Shown here: in pieces, positions 27,489-36,737 of the stretch
Position numbering within the stretch: position 1 is the stretch's first letter
How the letters are laid out: each line of letters begins with the position of its first letter
Origin: Bacteroidota bacterium
Lineage (GTDB): Bacteria > Bacteroidota > Bacteroidia > UBA7662 > JAIXUI01
Assembly: GCA_027484125.1 (NCBI GenBank)
Contig: JAIXUI010000074.1
Coordinates: 63,791 to 127,790, forward strand
Direction: 5' to 3'
Length of the DNA: 64,000 nucleotides
The notes under the pieces: generated by a model
What the model was told of the DNA's origin: nothing
The model's input: only the letters and a program-made list of their open reading frames with translations
Databases searched by the model: none
Position numbers and translations under genes: made by a program

Positions 27489-30302
27489 ATGAAGCAGGAG
27501 CCCACCCTTGACGTTCTCGGAGCCCGGGAACACAATCTCAAAAACATCGATTTGAGCCTCCCAAGGGAGAAACTCATTGTACTTACAGGCCTTAGTGGCA
27601 GCGGAAAATCATCCCTGGCATTTGACACCATCTATGCCGAAGGCCAACGCCGCTACATGGAGAGTTTTTCGGCTTATGCCCGTCAGTTTATAGGCGGAAT
27701 GGAGCGCCCCGACGTGGATAAAGTTGAAGGACTAAGCCCCGTCATCTCCATAGAACAAAAAACCACCAGCAGAAACCCCCGCTCCACCGTAGGCACCATC
27801 ACCGAGATCTACGACTTCCTTCGCTTACTCTACGCACGCGCCTCGGACGCTTATTCCTACGCCACCGGCAAACCCATGATCCGCCTCAGCGATGACCAGA
27901 TCATGCATCACCTACTTCAGCATTACAACGGCAAAAAAGTCATCATCCTCGCGCCCCTCGTGCGGGCAAGAAAAGGACACTACCGCGAACTCTTTGCCCA
28001 GCTCTTGAAAAACGGCTTCTCCAAAGTTCGTGTGGATGGCGAAATCCGGGAGTTGACCTCTAAAATGCAGGTAGATCGTTATCAAACCCACGATATCGAA
28101 CTCGTCATCGACCGCCTCGAAGTGGATGAAGCCTCAAAAACCCGCATGTCGCAGTCGATACAGGCAGGGATGAAACAAGGCAAAGGCGTCATCCTGATTC
28201 AAGACTACGAAACCGGCGAACTGTCCTTCTTCTCCAAGTTCCTCATGGATGCAGAAAGCGGCATCGCCTACGACGAGCCTCAACCTAACACCTTCTCCTT
28301 CAACTCTCCTTACGGCGCTTGCCCCAACTGCGAAGGCTTAGGCGAAATAGGCGAAGTGGACCCCCAGCTTATCGTTCCGGACCCCACCAAATCGGTGCAT
28401 GGCGGCGCCATTGCGCCCTTGGGAGAATACCGCGACATCTGGTTCTTCCGCATCCTCAAAGCCCTCGCAAAACGACATAAATTCAGTCTATCGGTTCCAT
28501 TTTCTTCCTACAGCGAGGAAGTGCGCAACCTCATTTTCCATGGTCACGACGAGCCCCTACTGATGGAATCGAATACCGGAAGCTCCTATCACCATGTATT
28601 CGAAGGCATCATCAACGTACTCCGTAAAAATCTGCATGAACCCGGTAGCGAAAATCTCCAGGAATGGGCCGAAGAATTCGTTACACGGGTTGAATGTCCG
28701 GAATGCCAGGGCAATCGGCTAAAGAAGGAAGCCCTGCATTTTAAAATCGACGGAAAAAACATCTCCGAGCTTGCTCGCATGGAACTTTCCACCTTGCAAA
28801 CATGGATGCAGGGGCTAGAATCGCGGATGAGCGAGCGGCAGCAGCTTATCGGAGCTGAAATTCTCAAGGAAATCCGTAAGCGACTCGGCTTCCTCCTCGA
28901 CATCGGTCTTGCCTACCTCGATTTGAACCGACCCTCCGGCACCCTGTCGGGAGGCGAAGCCCAGCGAATCCGCTTGGCTACCCAGATAGGCTCACAACTC
29001 GTAGGCGTACTCTACATCCTCGACGAACCCAGCATTGGCTTGCACCAGCGCGACAACAGCCGCTTAATTGGTTCACTTAAGCAGCTCCGCGACCTGGGCA
29101 ACACCGTTTTGGTAGTAGAACACGACAAAGACATGATTCTTGAAAGCGACTACGTGGTGGACATTGGACCAGGCGCTGGCCTTTATGGCGGGCAAGTAGT
29201 GGCCCAAGGCACGCCAGAGCAGTTTATGAAGCAGGATTCCCTCACCGCCCGCTACCTCAGCGGCGCAATGGAAATCCCTATTCCCGCCGAGCGCCGCGCC
29301 GGCAGTGGCCAATTCCTGCATTTACACGGTGCAAGCGGCCATAACCTACGCAACGTTAGCGTGCGCTTTCCGCTCGGCACCCTCATCGCCATAACGGGCG
29401 TTTCCGGTTCTGGGAAGTCAAGCTTAGTAACAGAAACCCTCTATCCCATCCTGCGACAACACTTCTACCACAGCCGCCAGAAACCTTTGCCCTACGAAAA
29501 GCTGGAAGGGATGGCGTGGGTGGATAAAGTCATAGAGATAGATCAGGCTCCGATTGGGCGAACACCCCGTTCCAATGCCGCTACTTACACAGGGGTCTTC
29601 AACGACATTCGCGCCTTATTTGCCGAGCTACCCGAAGCCAAAATCCGCGGTTATAAACCAGGGCGTTTTTCCTTCAATGTAAAAGGCGGAAGGTGTGAAA
29701 CTTGCGGCGGCGCCGGGGTGCGCGTGGTGGAGATGAACTTCTTGCCCGACGTGGAAGTAAACTGCGAAGACTGCCAAGGTAAACGATACAACCGCGAAAC
29801 CCTGGAGTTGCGCTACAAAGGCAAGAGCATCGCTGACGTACTCAACATGCCCATCAGCGAAGCCGTCAGTTTCTTCGCCCATGTGCCTGCTATTGTACGG
29901 AAAATCGACACCCTCAACAGCGTGGGCCTCGGCTACCTCACCCTCGGACAGAGCTCCACCACCCTTTCCGGAGGTGAAGCCCAGCGCGTGAAACTGGCCA
30001 CTGAGCTCAGCAAGCGCGACACCGGCAAAACCTTCTACATCCTCGACGAGCCTACCACCGGATTGCACTTCGAAGACATCCGCATTCTGATGGAAGTACT
30101 GCAACGCTTGGTAGATCGCGGCAATACCGTACTCATCATCGAGCACAACCTCGACGTCATCAAAGTGGCCGATCACGTCATCGACATGGGGCCCGAAGGC
30201 GGGAAAGAAGGCGGAATGGTGGTGTTTGAAGGCACCCCGGAAGGCCTATGTGAGCATCCGGGAAGCTTCACCGGGCATTTTCTCAAGCTGGAAATGCAGT
30301 AG
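27489..30302 (+). CDS. uvrA: excinuclease ABC subunit UvrA
   Basis: 937-aa ORF with two ABC ATPase modules (GLSGSGKSSLAFDT... and GVSGSGKSSLV...) and zinc-finger CxxC pairs. Confidence 0.95.
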   Translation: MKQEPTLDVLGAREHNLKNIDLSLPREKLIVLTGLSGSGKSSLAFDTIYAEGQRRYMESFSAYARQFIGGMERPDVDKVEGLSPVISIEQKTTSRNPRSTVGTITEIYDFLRLLYARASDAYSYATGKPMIRLSDDQIMHHLLQHYNGKKVIILAPLVRARKGHYRELFAQLLKNGFSKVRVDGEIRELTSKMQVDRYQTHDIELVIDRLEVDEASKTRMSQSIQAGMKQGKGVILIQDYETGELSFFSKFLMDAESGIAYDEPQPNTFSFNSPYGACPNCEGLGEIGEVDPQLIVPDPTKSVHGGAIAPLGEYRDIWFFRILKALAKRHKFSLSVPFSSYSEEVRNLIFHGHDEPLLMESNTGSSYHHVFEGIINVLRKNLHEPGSENLQEWAEEFVTRVECPECQGNRLKKEALHFKIDGKNISELARMELSTLQTWMQGLESRMSERQQLIGAEILKEIRKRLGFLLDIGLAYLDLNRPSGTLSGGEAQRIRLATQIGSQLVGVLYILDEPSIGLHQRDNSRLIGSLKQLRDLGNTVLVVEHDKDMILESDYVVDIGPGAGLYGGQVVAQGTPEQFMKQDSLTARYLSGAMEIPIPAERRAGSGQFLHLHGASGHNLRNVSVRFPLGTLIAITGVSGSGKSSLVTETLYPILRQHFYHSRQKPLPYEKLEGMAWVDKVIEIDQAPIGRTPRSNAATYTGVFNDIRALFAELPEAKIRGYKPGRFSFNVKGGRCETCGGAGVRVVEMNFLPDVEVNCEDCQGKRYNRETLELRYKGKSIADVLNMPISEAVSFFAHVPAIVRKIDTLNSVGLGYLTLGQSSTTLSGGEAQRVKLATELSKRDTGKTFYILDEPTTGLHFEDIRILMEVLQRLVDRGNTVLIIEHNLDVIKVADHVIDMGPEGGKEGGMVVFEGTPEGLCEHPGSFTGHFLKLEMQ

Positions 30303-30310
30303 GGGGAGTA

Positions 30311-30660
30311 TCACCAAGTGCACTACGGTGTCACCAAGCACACGAGGTAGAATTGAATAGCTTTTATAAAAACCTAGTGCTCCTTGTGAAACCCTAGAGA
30401 ACCTTGTGATAACCCCGCGCGCCGTGTTTCACCAAGGACACAGGGAACGTCACAAAATACACGAGATAGAATTAATTAGCTTTTATAAAAACTTAGTGCT
30501 CCTTGTGAAACCCTTAGAGAACCTTGTGATAACCCCGCGCGCCGTGTATCACCAAGCACACGAGGTAGAATTGAATAGCTTTTATAAAAACCTAGTGCTC
30601 CTTGTGAAAACCTAGAGAGCTTTGTGATAACCCCGCGCTACGTGTATCTTGGGAATAGAT
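30311..30660. repeat. tandem direct repeat, about 3.3 copies of a 98-119-nt unit, between uvrA and the exonuclease gene
   Basis: The unit is tcaccaagcacacgaggtagaattgaatagcttttataaaaacctagtgctccttgtgaaaccctagagaaccttgtgataaccccgcgcgccgtgt. Copies lie at about 30331-30428, 30429-30547 (with a 20-nt insertion) and 30548-30647, with a partial copy at 30311-30330. Copies 1 and 3 are near-identical. Confidence 0.85.
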
Positions 30661-30682
30661 ATCAAATAACCGCAAAATAACG

Positions 30683-31159
30683 ATGGAGGTAAACAGGTTT
30701 ACAGCCTTTGATGTAGAGACTGCGACAAATGAGTCGAGCAGTATCTGCCAGATTGGAATCGTAGTTTACGAAGACGGCGAGGAGTTTTACCATTTCCAAT
30801 CGAAGGTGCAGCCACCCGGCAATCGCTACCATTGGAACAACATCCGTGTTCACGGCATAGAACCACGCCAAACCCTCCACAGTCCAACCTTTGGCGAAAT
30901 ATATCCCAACATCCGGCAATTCTTCGAAGGACAAAACGTAGTAGCCCATAATATCCCCTTCGATAAGCGCTGCCTCGCTAAAACCCTTCAATACTACGGC
31001 CTTGAAACACCGAGTTTCACCTCATACTGCACCTACAAACTCTACCGAAAGAAACTCTCCGAACTCGCCACCGACTACGGAATCTCCCTCCAGCACCATG
31101 ACGCCCTCAGCGACGCCAGAGCCTGCGCCGAACTATTTACTCGGTGGTTAAAGCGGTAA
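30683..31159 (+). CDS. DEDDh-family 3'-5' exonuclease (DnaQ/epsilon-like domain, stand-alone)
   Basis: Exo I motif FDVETA, Exo II VAHNIPFDKRCL and Exo III HHDALSDARACAELF. Confidence 0.8.
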   Translation: MEVNRFTAFDVETATNESSSICQIGIVVYEDGEEFYHFQSKVQPPGNRYHWNNIRVHGIEPRQTLHSPTFGEIYPNIRQFFEGQNVVAHNIPFDKRCLAKTLQYYGLETPSFTSYCTYKLYRKKLSELATDYGISLQHHDALSDARACAELFTRWLKR

Positions 31160-31231
31160 GGGTGGGGATAACTTTAGCAAGACCATTTAGCAAGAAATCG
31201 ATCTTCCATAAACATTCGAATATAAGAAACT

Positions 31232-34200
31232 ATGAATCAAGGCATTTACGAAGAGCTAGTGACAAAATTGGTAGCTCAAAAAATAAATGAATTAGATAAA
31301 AACGCATATCATATCAATAAAACAAAGATTGATAAGGCAGAAGCCTCTATTATTCTAGCCAAGCATTTATCAAGCACCATAAAACGAGCTTTAGAACTAG
31401 TTAGTGGCGAAAATCAATTAGAGCTACAAATAGCCATTGCGAATAAAATTATTCAGTTCTTAAAAGAGGAACTACACAAAGAAGATTTCACAAACGATTT
31501 AATTGAGGTAGAAGGCGAACTATTAAAAGCTGTTTTCACCAAAGTAGACGCCTTTTTTTCTGATTTTGAATTGCATCTTAAAGAAATTACTCCCTATACA
31601 AGACTCACGCACAGTGAACTATTTACGGGAGGAAACGTGGGATTATCACTAGAAAGTGAGTTAAAAAAAGAAATTCTATCTGCAAATAGAATAGACTTTC
31701 TTGTATCATTTATCAAATTTAAAGGAATTATTATTCTCGAAAAGGAACTACAAGAGTTTACTAAACGAGGCGGAAAACTTCGTGTAATTACGACAACCTA
31801 CATGGGTGCTTCTGATTACAAAGCAATTCAATTGCTTTCAAAAATGGAAAACACCGAAGTGAAAATTTCTTATAACACAGGAAACGAACGACTTCATGCA
31901 AAAGCTTATTTGTTTTACCGAGAAACAGGATTTCATACTGGATATATTGGTTCATCGAACTTTTCCAGGTCTGCACTTACGGATGGTTTAGAATGGAATA
32001 TAAAAATTACCACCAAGGAAGTCAGCCATATTATTGACAAATTCCAGAAAACGTTTGACTCCTATTGGCAGAGTGATGACTTTGAAATTTTTGACGATTC
32101 TCTTCACAAAGAGAAATTAGTTGCTTCTTTAAATCAAGGTAAAATTTCGAAAACTACGGAAATCAATCACTCCTTTTTTGAAGTAAAACCCTATCCCTTT
32201 CAACTCGAAATTTTAGAGCAACTAGAAGTAGAACGTTCAGTTCATGAAAGAAATAGAAATTTAGTTGTTGCTGCAACAGGTACAGGAAAAACAGTAATTT
32301 CTGCATTTGACTACAAACGTTTTAAGCAAAAAAATAAATCTTCCAAACTTTTATTTTTAGCTCATAGGAAAGAAATCTTAACGCAAGCAATAGCCACATT
32401 TCGAGGTGTATTACGAGACAATAATTTTGGTGAGCTTTGGGTGGATAGAATGGAACCTTCTAATTATGAGTATGTATTTGCCTCTGTTCAAACATTGAAC
32501 AACAGAATTGATAACTTGACTTTAACTCCGGAATATTTCGATTTTATTATAATTGATGAATGTCATCACTTAACCGCAGATACCTATAGGGCTACAATCC
32601 ATTACTTTAAGCCAAAAATTCTTTTAGGATTAACAGCTACTCCAGAAAGAATGGATGGCGGAGATATTCAGGAAGATTTTCATAACAAAATTGCAGCAGA
32701 AATACGTTTGCCAGAAGCTTTAAACAGAAAACTTCTTTGTCCTTTTCAATATTTTGGCATATCAGATAGCATTGATTTATCCAATGTTGATTGGGAAAGA
32801 GGAAGATATGTAGCTAGTCAGTTAACCAATATTTATACGGCAAATGACAGAAGAGTAAGTGAAATCATTCAAGCGCTTGAAAAGTACACCAAAGACTCCA
32901 CAGATGTTCGGGCGCTAGGTTTTTGTGTTTCAATAGAACATGCCAAATTTATGGCAGAAAAATTTTCACTTGCAGGTTTTAAAACAGACTATTTAACCAG
33001 TGCCAATAATGAAAATAGAGAATCAATAAGAAGTAAATTGCTGAACAAGGAAATTAACTACTTATTTGTTGTGGATATTTTTAATGAAGGGGTAGATATT
33101 CCGGAAATTGATACTGTATTGTTCTTAAGACCCACAGAAAGTTTAACCATTTTCTTACAACAGCTCGGAAGAGGACTTAGGTTGGCAGAAAACAAAGACT
33201 GTCTTACAGTATTAGATTTTGTAGGTAATGCAAGACCTGAATATAACTTTGAAAATAAATTTAGGGCTTTAATTGGCAAAACCACAACGACCGTACATAA
33301 AGAAGTTGAGGATAATTTTCCTCACTTGCCACTAGGATGTTCTATTGTATTAGAAAAAAAGGCAAAAGAAATTATTTTAGAAAATATTAAATCTGCCACA
33401 ACGCTGAATCGAAATCAGATTATCAGTAAAATCAAGAATTTCAAGCACCAAACCACATTACCACTTACCTTAAAAAACTTTATAGAGTTCAATAACCTTA
33501 CAATTCAAGCCCTATACAAAAGAGGCTCTTGGAAAAGATTGTGTCAAGAGGCGGGAGTTATTGACAATTTTGAGTCAGTCAACGAAAAAGAAATTTATTC
33601 TGCTATTTCCAATAAATGGCTATCTACGAGTTCAACCAGTTATTTCAAATTCATTCTAAAGCTAGCAACGTATAATTTTCAAGTCAGTGTTTCTGACTTA
33701 AATTCCAAAGAAAGAACGATGCTATTGATGCTTCATTACGATGTTTGGCAAAAAGCAGGAGGTTTTGATTCGATTGAAGAAAGTATTAGAGCCATTGGTA
33801 AAAACAAGGTTTTTGTGGAGGAAATGATTGAAGTTCTTGAAATATTAGAAGACAAAATCGATTTCAAAGAAATTGACATTCAACTCCCTTACCATCAGCC
33901 CTTAAAAGTTCATGCTCGATACACAAGAGATCAAATTTTGTCGGCGTTTGGATTTAGTACCTTCGATAGAAAATCCTCAAGCCGAGAAGGCGTTGCAGAA
34001 AATACTGATTTAAACACTGAATTATTATTCATCAACTTGATAAAATCAGAGGAAAACTTTTCTCCTACCACCATGTATGACGATTACGCCATCAACGAAT
34101 ACTTGTTTCATTGGCAAAGTCAAAATACGGCTGGACCTGAAACTCCAAAAGGGTTATCATACATCAAACATCAGGAAAACAAAAAGAAAATACTGTTATT

Positions 34201-34372
34201 CATAAGAGAAAAAACTAAGGACGAGCACGGAAATACAATGGGATATGTGTTCGTTGGAGAAGGTAATCTCCAAGAATACTATGGAGCAAAACCGATGAAT
34301 ATTAAATGGAAGCTTAGCGTACCTTTACCACATTATTTGTGGAATGATGCTGCCAAATTGAGGGTTGGTTGA
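31232..34372 (+). CDS. PLD-family nuclease – SF2 (ResIII-type) helicase – DUF3427 fusion protein; SauUSI-like putative modification-dependent (type IV) restriction endonuclease
   Basis: 1046-aa ORF. Single HKD motif HAKAYLFYRETGFHTGYIGSSNFS. Helicase motif I AATGTGKT, motif II IIIDECHH, motif III LTATP and motif VI QQLGRGLR. The C-terminal 350 aa are DUF3427-like. GC is about 33-35% against about 48% in the flanks. Confidence 0.75.
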   Translation: MNQGIYEELVTKLVAQKINELDKNAYHINKTKIDKAEASIILAKHLSSTIKRALELVSGENQLELQIAIANKIIQFLKEELHKEDFTNDLIEVEGELLKAVFTKVDAFFSDFELHLKEITPYTRLTHSELFTGGNVGLSLESELKKEILSANRIDFLVSFIKFKGIIILEKELQEFTKRGGKLRVITTTYMGASDYKAIQLLSKMENTEVKISYNTGNERLHAKAYLFYRETGFHTGYIGSSNFSRSALTDGLEWNIKITTKEVSHIIDKFQKTFDSYWQSDDFEIFDDSLHKEKLVASLNQGKISKTTEINHSFFEVKPYPFQLEILEQLEVERSVHERNRNLVVAATGTGKTVISAFDYKRFKQKNKSSKLLFLAHRKEILTQAIATFRGVLRDNNFGELWVDRMEPSNYEYVFASVQTLNNRIDNLTLTPEYFDFIIIDECHHLTADTYRATIHYFKPKILLGLTATPERMDGGDIQEDFHNKIAAEIRLPEALNRKLLCPFQYFGISDSIDLSNVDWERGRYVASQLTNIYTANDRRVSEIIQALEKYTKDSTDVRALGFCVSIEHAKFMAEKFSLAGFKTDYLTSANNENRESIRSKLLNKEINYLFVVDIFNEGVDIPEIDTVLFLRPTESLTIFLQQLGRGLRLAENKDCLTVLDFVGNARPEYNFENKFRALIGKTTTTVHKEVEDNFPHLPLGCSIVLEKKAKEIILENIKSATTLNRNQIISKIKNFKHQTTLPLTLKNFIEFNNLTIQALYKRGSWKRLCQEAGVIDNFESVNEKEIYSAISNKWLSTSSTSYFKFILKLATYNFQVSVSDLNSKERTMLLMLHYDVWQKAGGFDSIEESIRAIGKNKVFVEEMIEVLEILEDKIDFKEIDIQLPYHQPLKVHARYTRDQILSAFGFSTFDRKSSSREGVAENTDLNTELLFINLIKSEENFSPTTMYDDYAINEYLFHWQSQNTAGPETPKGLSYIKHQENKKKILLFIREKTKDEHGNTMGYVFVGEGNLQEYYGAKPMNIKWKLSVPLPHYLWNDAAKLRVG

Positions 34373-34432
34373 GAGGGTGGCTGTGTAGGTTGACCCAAAA
34401 AACCTTTACCTCGTTTAGTTGTTTTGTTGCCT

Positions 34433-34954
34433 ATGGCAGAGCCGCTGGTGATTTTGGTTGATGAGCATGACCGCCCTACGGGGACTATGGGAAAGATGGA
34501 AGCCCATGAGAAAGGGGTGCTACATCGGGCGTTCTCGGTGTTTGTCATCAATAACCAGGGCGAATGGCTCATGCAGCAACGCGCTTTCTCTAAATACCAT
34601 TCCCCCGGCCTCTGGACGAATGCTTGTTGTAGCCACCCTGCTCCGGGCGAGACCGTGCAGGAAGCCGCAGTACGAAGGATGCAAGAAGAGTTAGGAATTG
34701 CTATTGAAGCACCAGAAACTTTGTTCACTTTCCAATATCAAGTGGAGTTCAACAACGGCTTGTTCGAACATGAACTTGATCATGTACTGCTTTGCAGGCT
34801 GCCGGCGCAGGAGTTTAACCTCAACGAAGAAGAAGTAGCCTCCGTAAACTGGCTATCCTCAACTGCAATTGCTGAACAATTAGAACAGCATCCAGAACAT
34901 TTCACCCACTGGTTCCGCTTGGTGTTTGATCGAGTTCGCGAACTTATAGGCTAA
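34433..34954 (+). CDS. idi: isopentenyl-diphosphate delta-isomerase, type 1 (Nudix family)
   Basis: ...GVLHRAFSVFVINNQGEWLMQQRAFSKYHSPGLWTNACCSHP...EE... The ORF track starts at TTG 34424; ATG 34433 is preferred here. Confidence 0.85.
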   Translation: MAEPLVILVDEHDRPTGTMGKMEAHEKGVLHRAFSVFVINNQGEWLMQQRAFSKYHSPGLWTNACCSHPAPGETVQEAAVRRMQEELGIAIEAPETLFTFQYQVEFNNGLFEHELDHVLLCRLPAQEFNLNEEEVASVNWLSSTAIAEQLEQHPEHFTHWFRLVFDRVRELIG

Positions 34955-35247
34955 GATTCACAGAGCTTCCGTAAGCTTCGCTTGTAAGCTCCAGTCAACA
35001 CTAACCGGCCTTTCATTCCTCTTTGGCGTTTACAATGCTTCTTAGGCCAATAATCAAAGCCTCGTCTTCCCAGAAGAAAAGAAGCTTGGGCCACAACTTT
35101 CTATCACGATTTATCATTTACCATCACTTATTCATTCATCAACTTCATGATATGCTTAAAAAGCCCATACCAAAAGTTAAAGTCAGAAAGTGAGTGTCTG
35201 ATATTCAATCAAATGTATAAGTTTACTATACAATCAAACCCGAGCGC

Positions 35248-36678
35248 ATGAAAAAACTTTTTACCCTCCTACTTCTTGTAACCGCCGGACTATCGGCTTC
35301 TGCCTCCCACTTGATGGGTGGTCAGATTCATGCTCGTCAAATCCCGGGTACGGCTTTAACTTACGAAGTAACCATCCGCCTGTTTCGTGATGTACTAGGT
35401 ATTAATATGTCGGCCCCACAACTAAGGGTATATAGCGGCAATAGTACCCAATACACCAGCAGCATGACCACACTGGCAGGCTCAGGCATCGTCAATGGCT
35501 TTCAGTATCCTACGGAGTGGTATGTTTACAAAGATACCATCACCTTCGCGGCTCCTGGTCAATACAGACTGGCGTACAACGAGTGCTGCCGAAATGCAGC
35601 CATTGTGAATGCAGGCAATAGCCAAACCATGTTCCTTGAAACCAACTTGACGGTTTTTCCCAATGGAACATTCAATTCCAGCCCTGAATTCCTGTTAGAT
35701 CCAGTAGGCTTTGTGCCTCTCAACCAACAGTGGCTCAGCAATCCATTAGCATTCGACGCAGATGGCGATTCACTCGTTTTTAGAATTGACACACCTTTCG
35801 CAAACTTGAATGCCAATGTGACCAACTATGTATTTCCTGCGTCAGCAGCTGGCGGCTTGCTCAATGTTAATTCCTTCACCGGAGAAATCCGCTGGACACC
35901 TTCTACAGTAGGCAACTACATCTTCTCTTATGTGGTAGATGAATACCGCAATGGACAGTTGATTGGTAGCGTAGTGCGTGATTACCAGTACGTGGTGATG
36001 ATGTCGAGCAATACACCTCCTGTGCCTTTAGCTACTTCTGTCAACGGGCCAGTTATCAGCACAGTAAACGGCGTTACTACCGCAAACTTCCCAGCGGGCC
36101 AAGCAGGTTCTATCACACTTACCTACACCGACAACAACAACGACAGCTTAGTGATGCAGGCATTTGGCCGCCACTTCCTTCCCGGAAGCAGCTTGCCAGC
36201 CAACTTCAACTTTGTCCAACTAGACGCACAACCTGGCGTTAGCACCACACGTTTTGTTCGAGGCACCCTCAACTGGACACCTTCGGCTATCGCCAATGAC
36301 CCAGCAAACGACTGGACCTGTGTGTTCCGTGTGTCAGATGTTACCAATGGCATCCGTTTCTTCCGCGATGAAACCATGCTCATTCGTGCAACTACTACCA
36401 CCAGTGTCAACAACCCAAGCCTCTCTCCTCTAAGTCTTTATCCTAATCCGGCGTCAAGTGGCAACTGGAATATGGGCTTCAGCTTGAATGAGCAAGCGAA
36501 TATTCGGGTTAGAATCGCAGACCTTCAAGGCCGTTTGCTCCACAATGACTATTATGGAAACTACCCTGTAGGCCAACACCTGATTGTTCGTCAGGACGCC
36601 TTGCCACAAGGTTTGTATCTGGTAGAACTAGAAGCTAATGGACAAGTTATTGCCAAAGAGAAACTGCTGATTAAGTAA
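35248..36678 (+). CDS. secreted protein of unknown function with C-terminal T9SS (Por_Secre_tail) sorting domain
   Basis: Signal peptide MKKLFTLLLLVTAGLSASA. The C-terminus (...LSLYPNPASSGNWNMGF...GLYLVELEANGQVIAKEKLLIK) matches the T9SS type A tail. Confidence 0.7.
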   Translation: MKKLFTLLLLVTAGLSASASHLMGGQIHARQIPGTALTYEVTIRLFRDVLGINMSAPQLRVYSGNSTQYTSSMTTLAGSGIVNGFQYPTEWYVYKDTITFAAPGQYRLAYNECCRNAAIVNAGNSQTMFLETNLTVFPNGTFNSSPEFLLDPVGFVPLNQQWLSNPLAFDADGDSLVFRIDTPFANLNANVTNYVFPASAAGGLLNVNSFTGEIRWTPSTVGNYIFSYVVDEYRNGQLIGSVVRDYQYVVMMSSNTPPVPLATSVNGPVISTVNGVTTANFPAGQAGSITLTYTDNNNDSLVMQAFGRHFLPGSSLPANFNFVQLDAQPGVSTTRFVRGTLNWTPSAIANDPANDWTCVFRVSDVTNGIRFFRDETMLIRATTTTSVNNPSLSPLSLYPNPASSGNWNMGFSLNEQANIRVRIADLQGRLLHNDYYGNYPVGQHLIVRQDALPQGLYLVELEANGQVIAKEKLLIK

Positions 36679-36703
36679 GAAGCTTCCCATTGATTTCATT
36701 TCG

Positions 36704-36737
36704 AAAAAGGTCTGATGTTATCCATCAGACCTTTTTT
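36704..36737. terminator. bidirectional intrinsic terminator between convergent genes
   Basis: aaaaa-ggtctgatg-ttatc-catcagacc-tttttt: a 9-bp stem flanked by A5 and T6. Confidence 0.75.

Noticed and set aside
30406-30615. 69-aa ORF (MITPRAVFHQGHRERHKIHEIELISFYKNLVLLVK...) with internally repeated peptide
   Set aside because: It lies entirely inside the tandem DNA repeat array. The peptide repetition is a translation artefact of the DNA repeat, not a gene.
30311-30660. Possible CRISPR array
   Set aside because: The repeats are about 100 nt, directly abutting, with no unique spacers. Units differ by indels. No cas genes are nearby.
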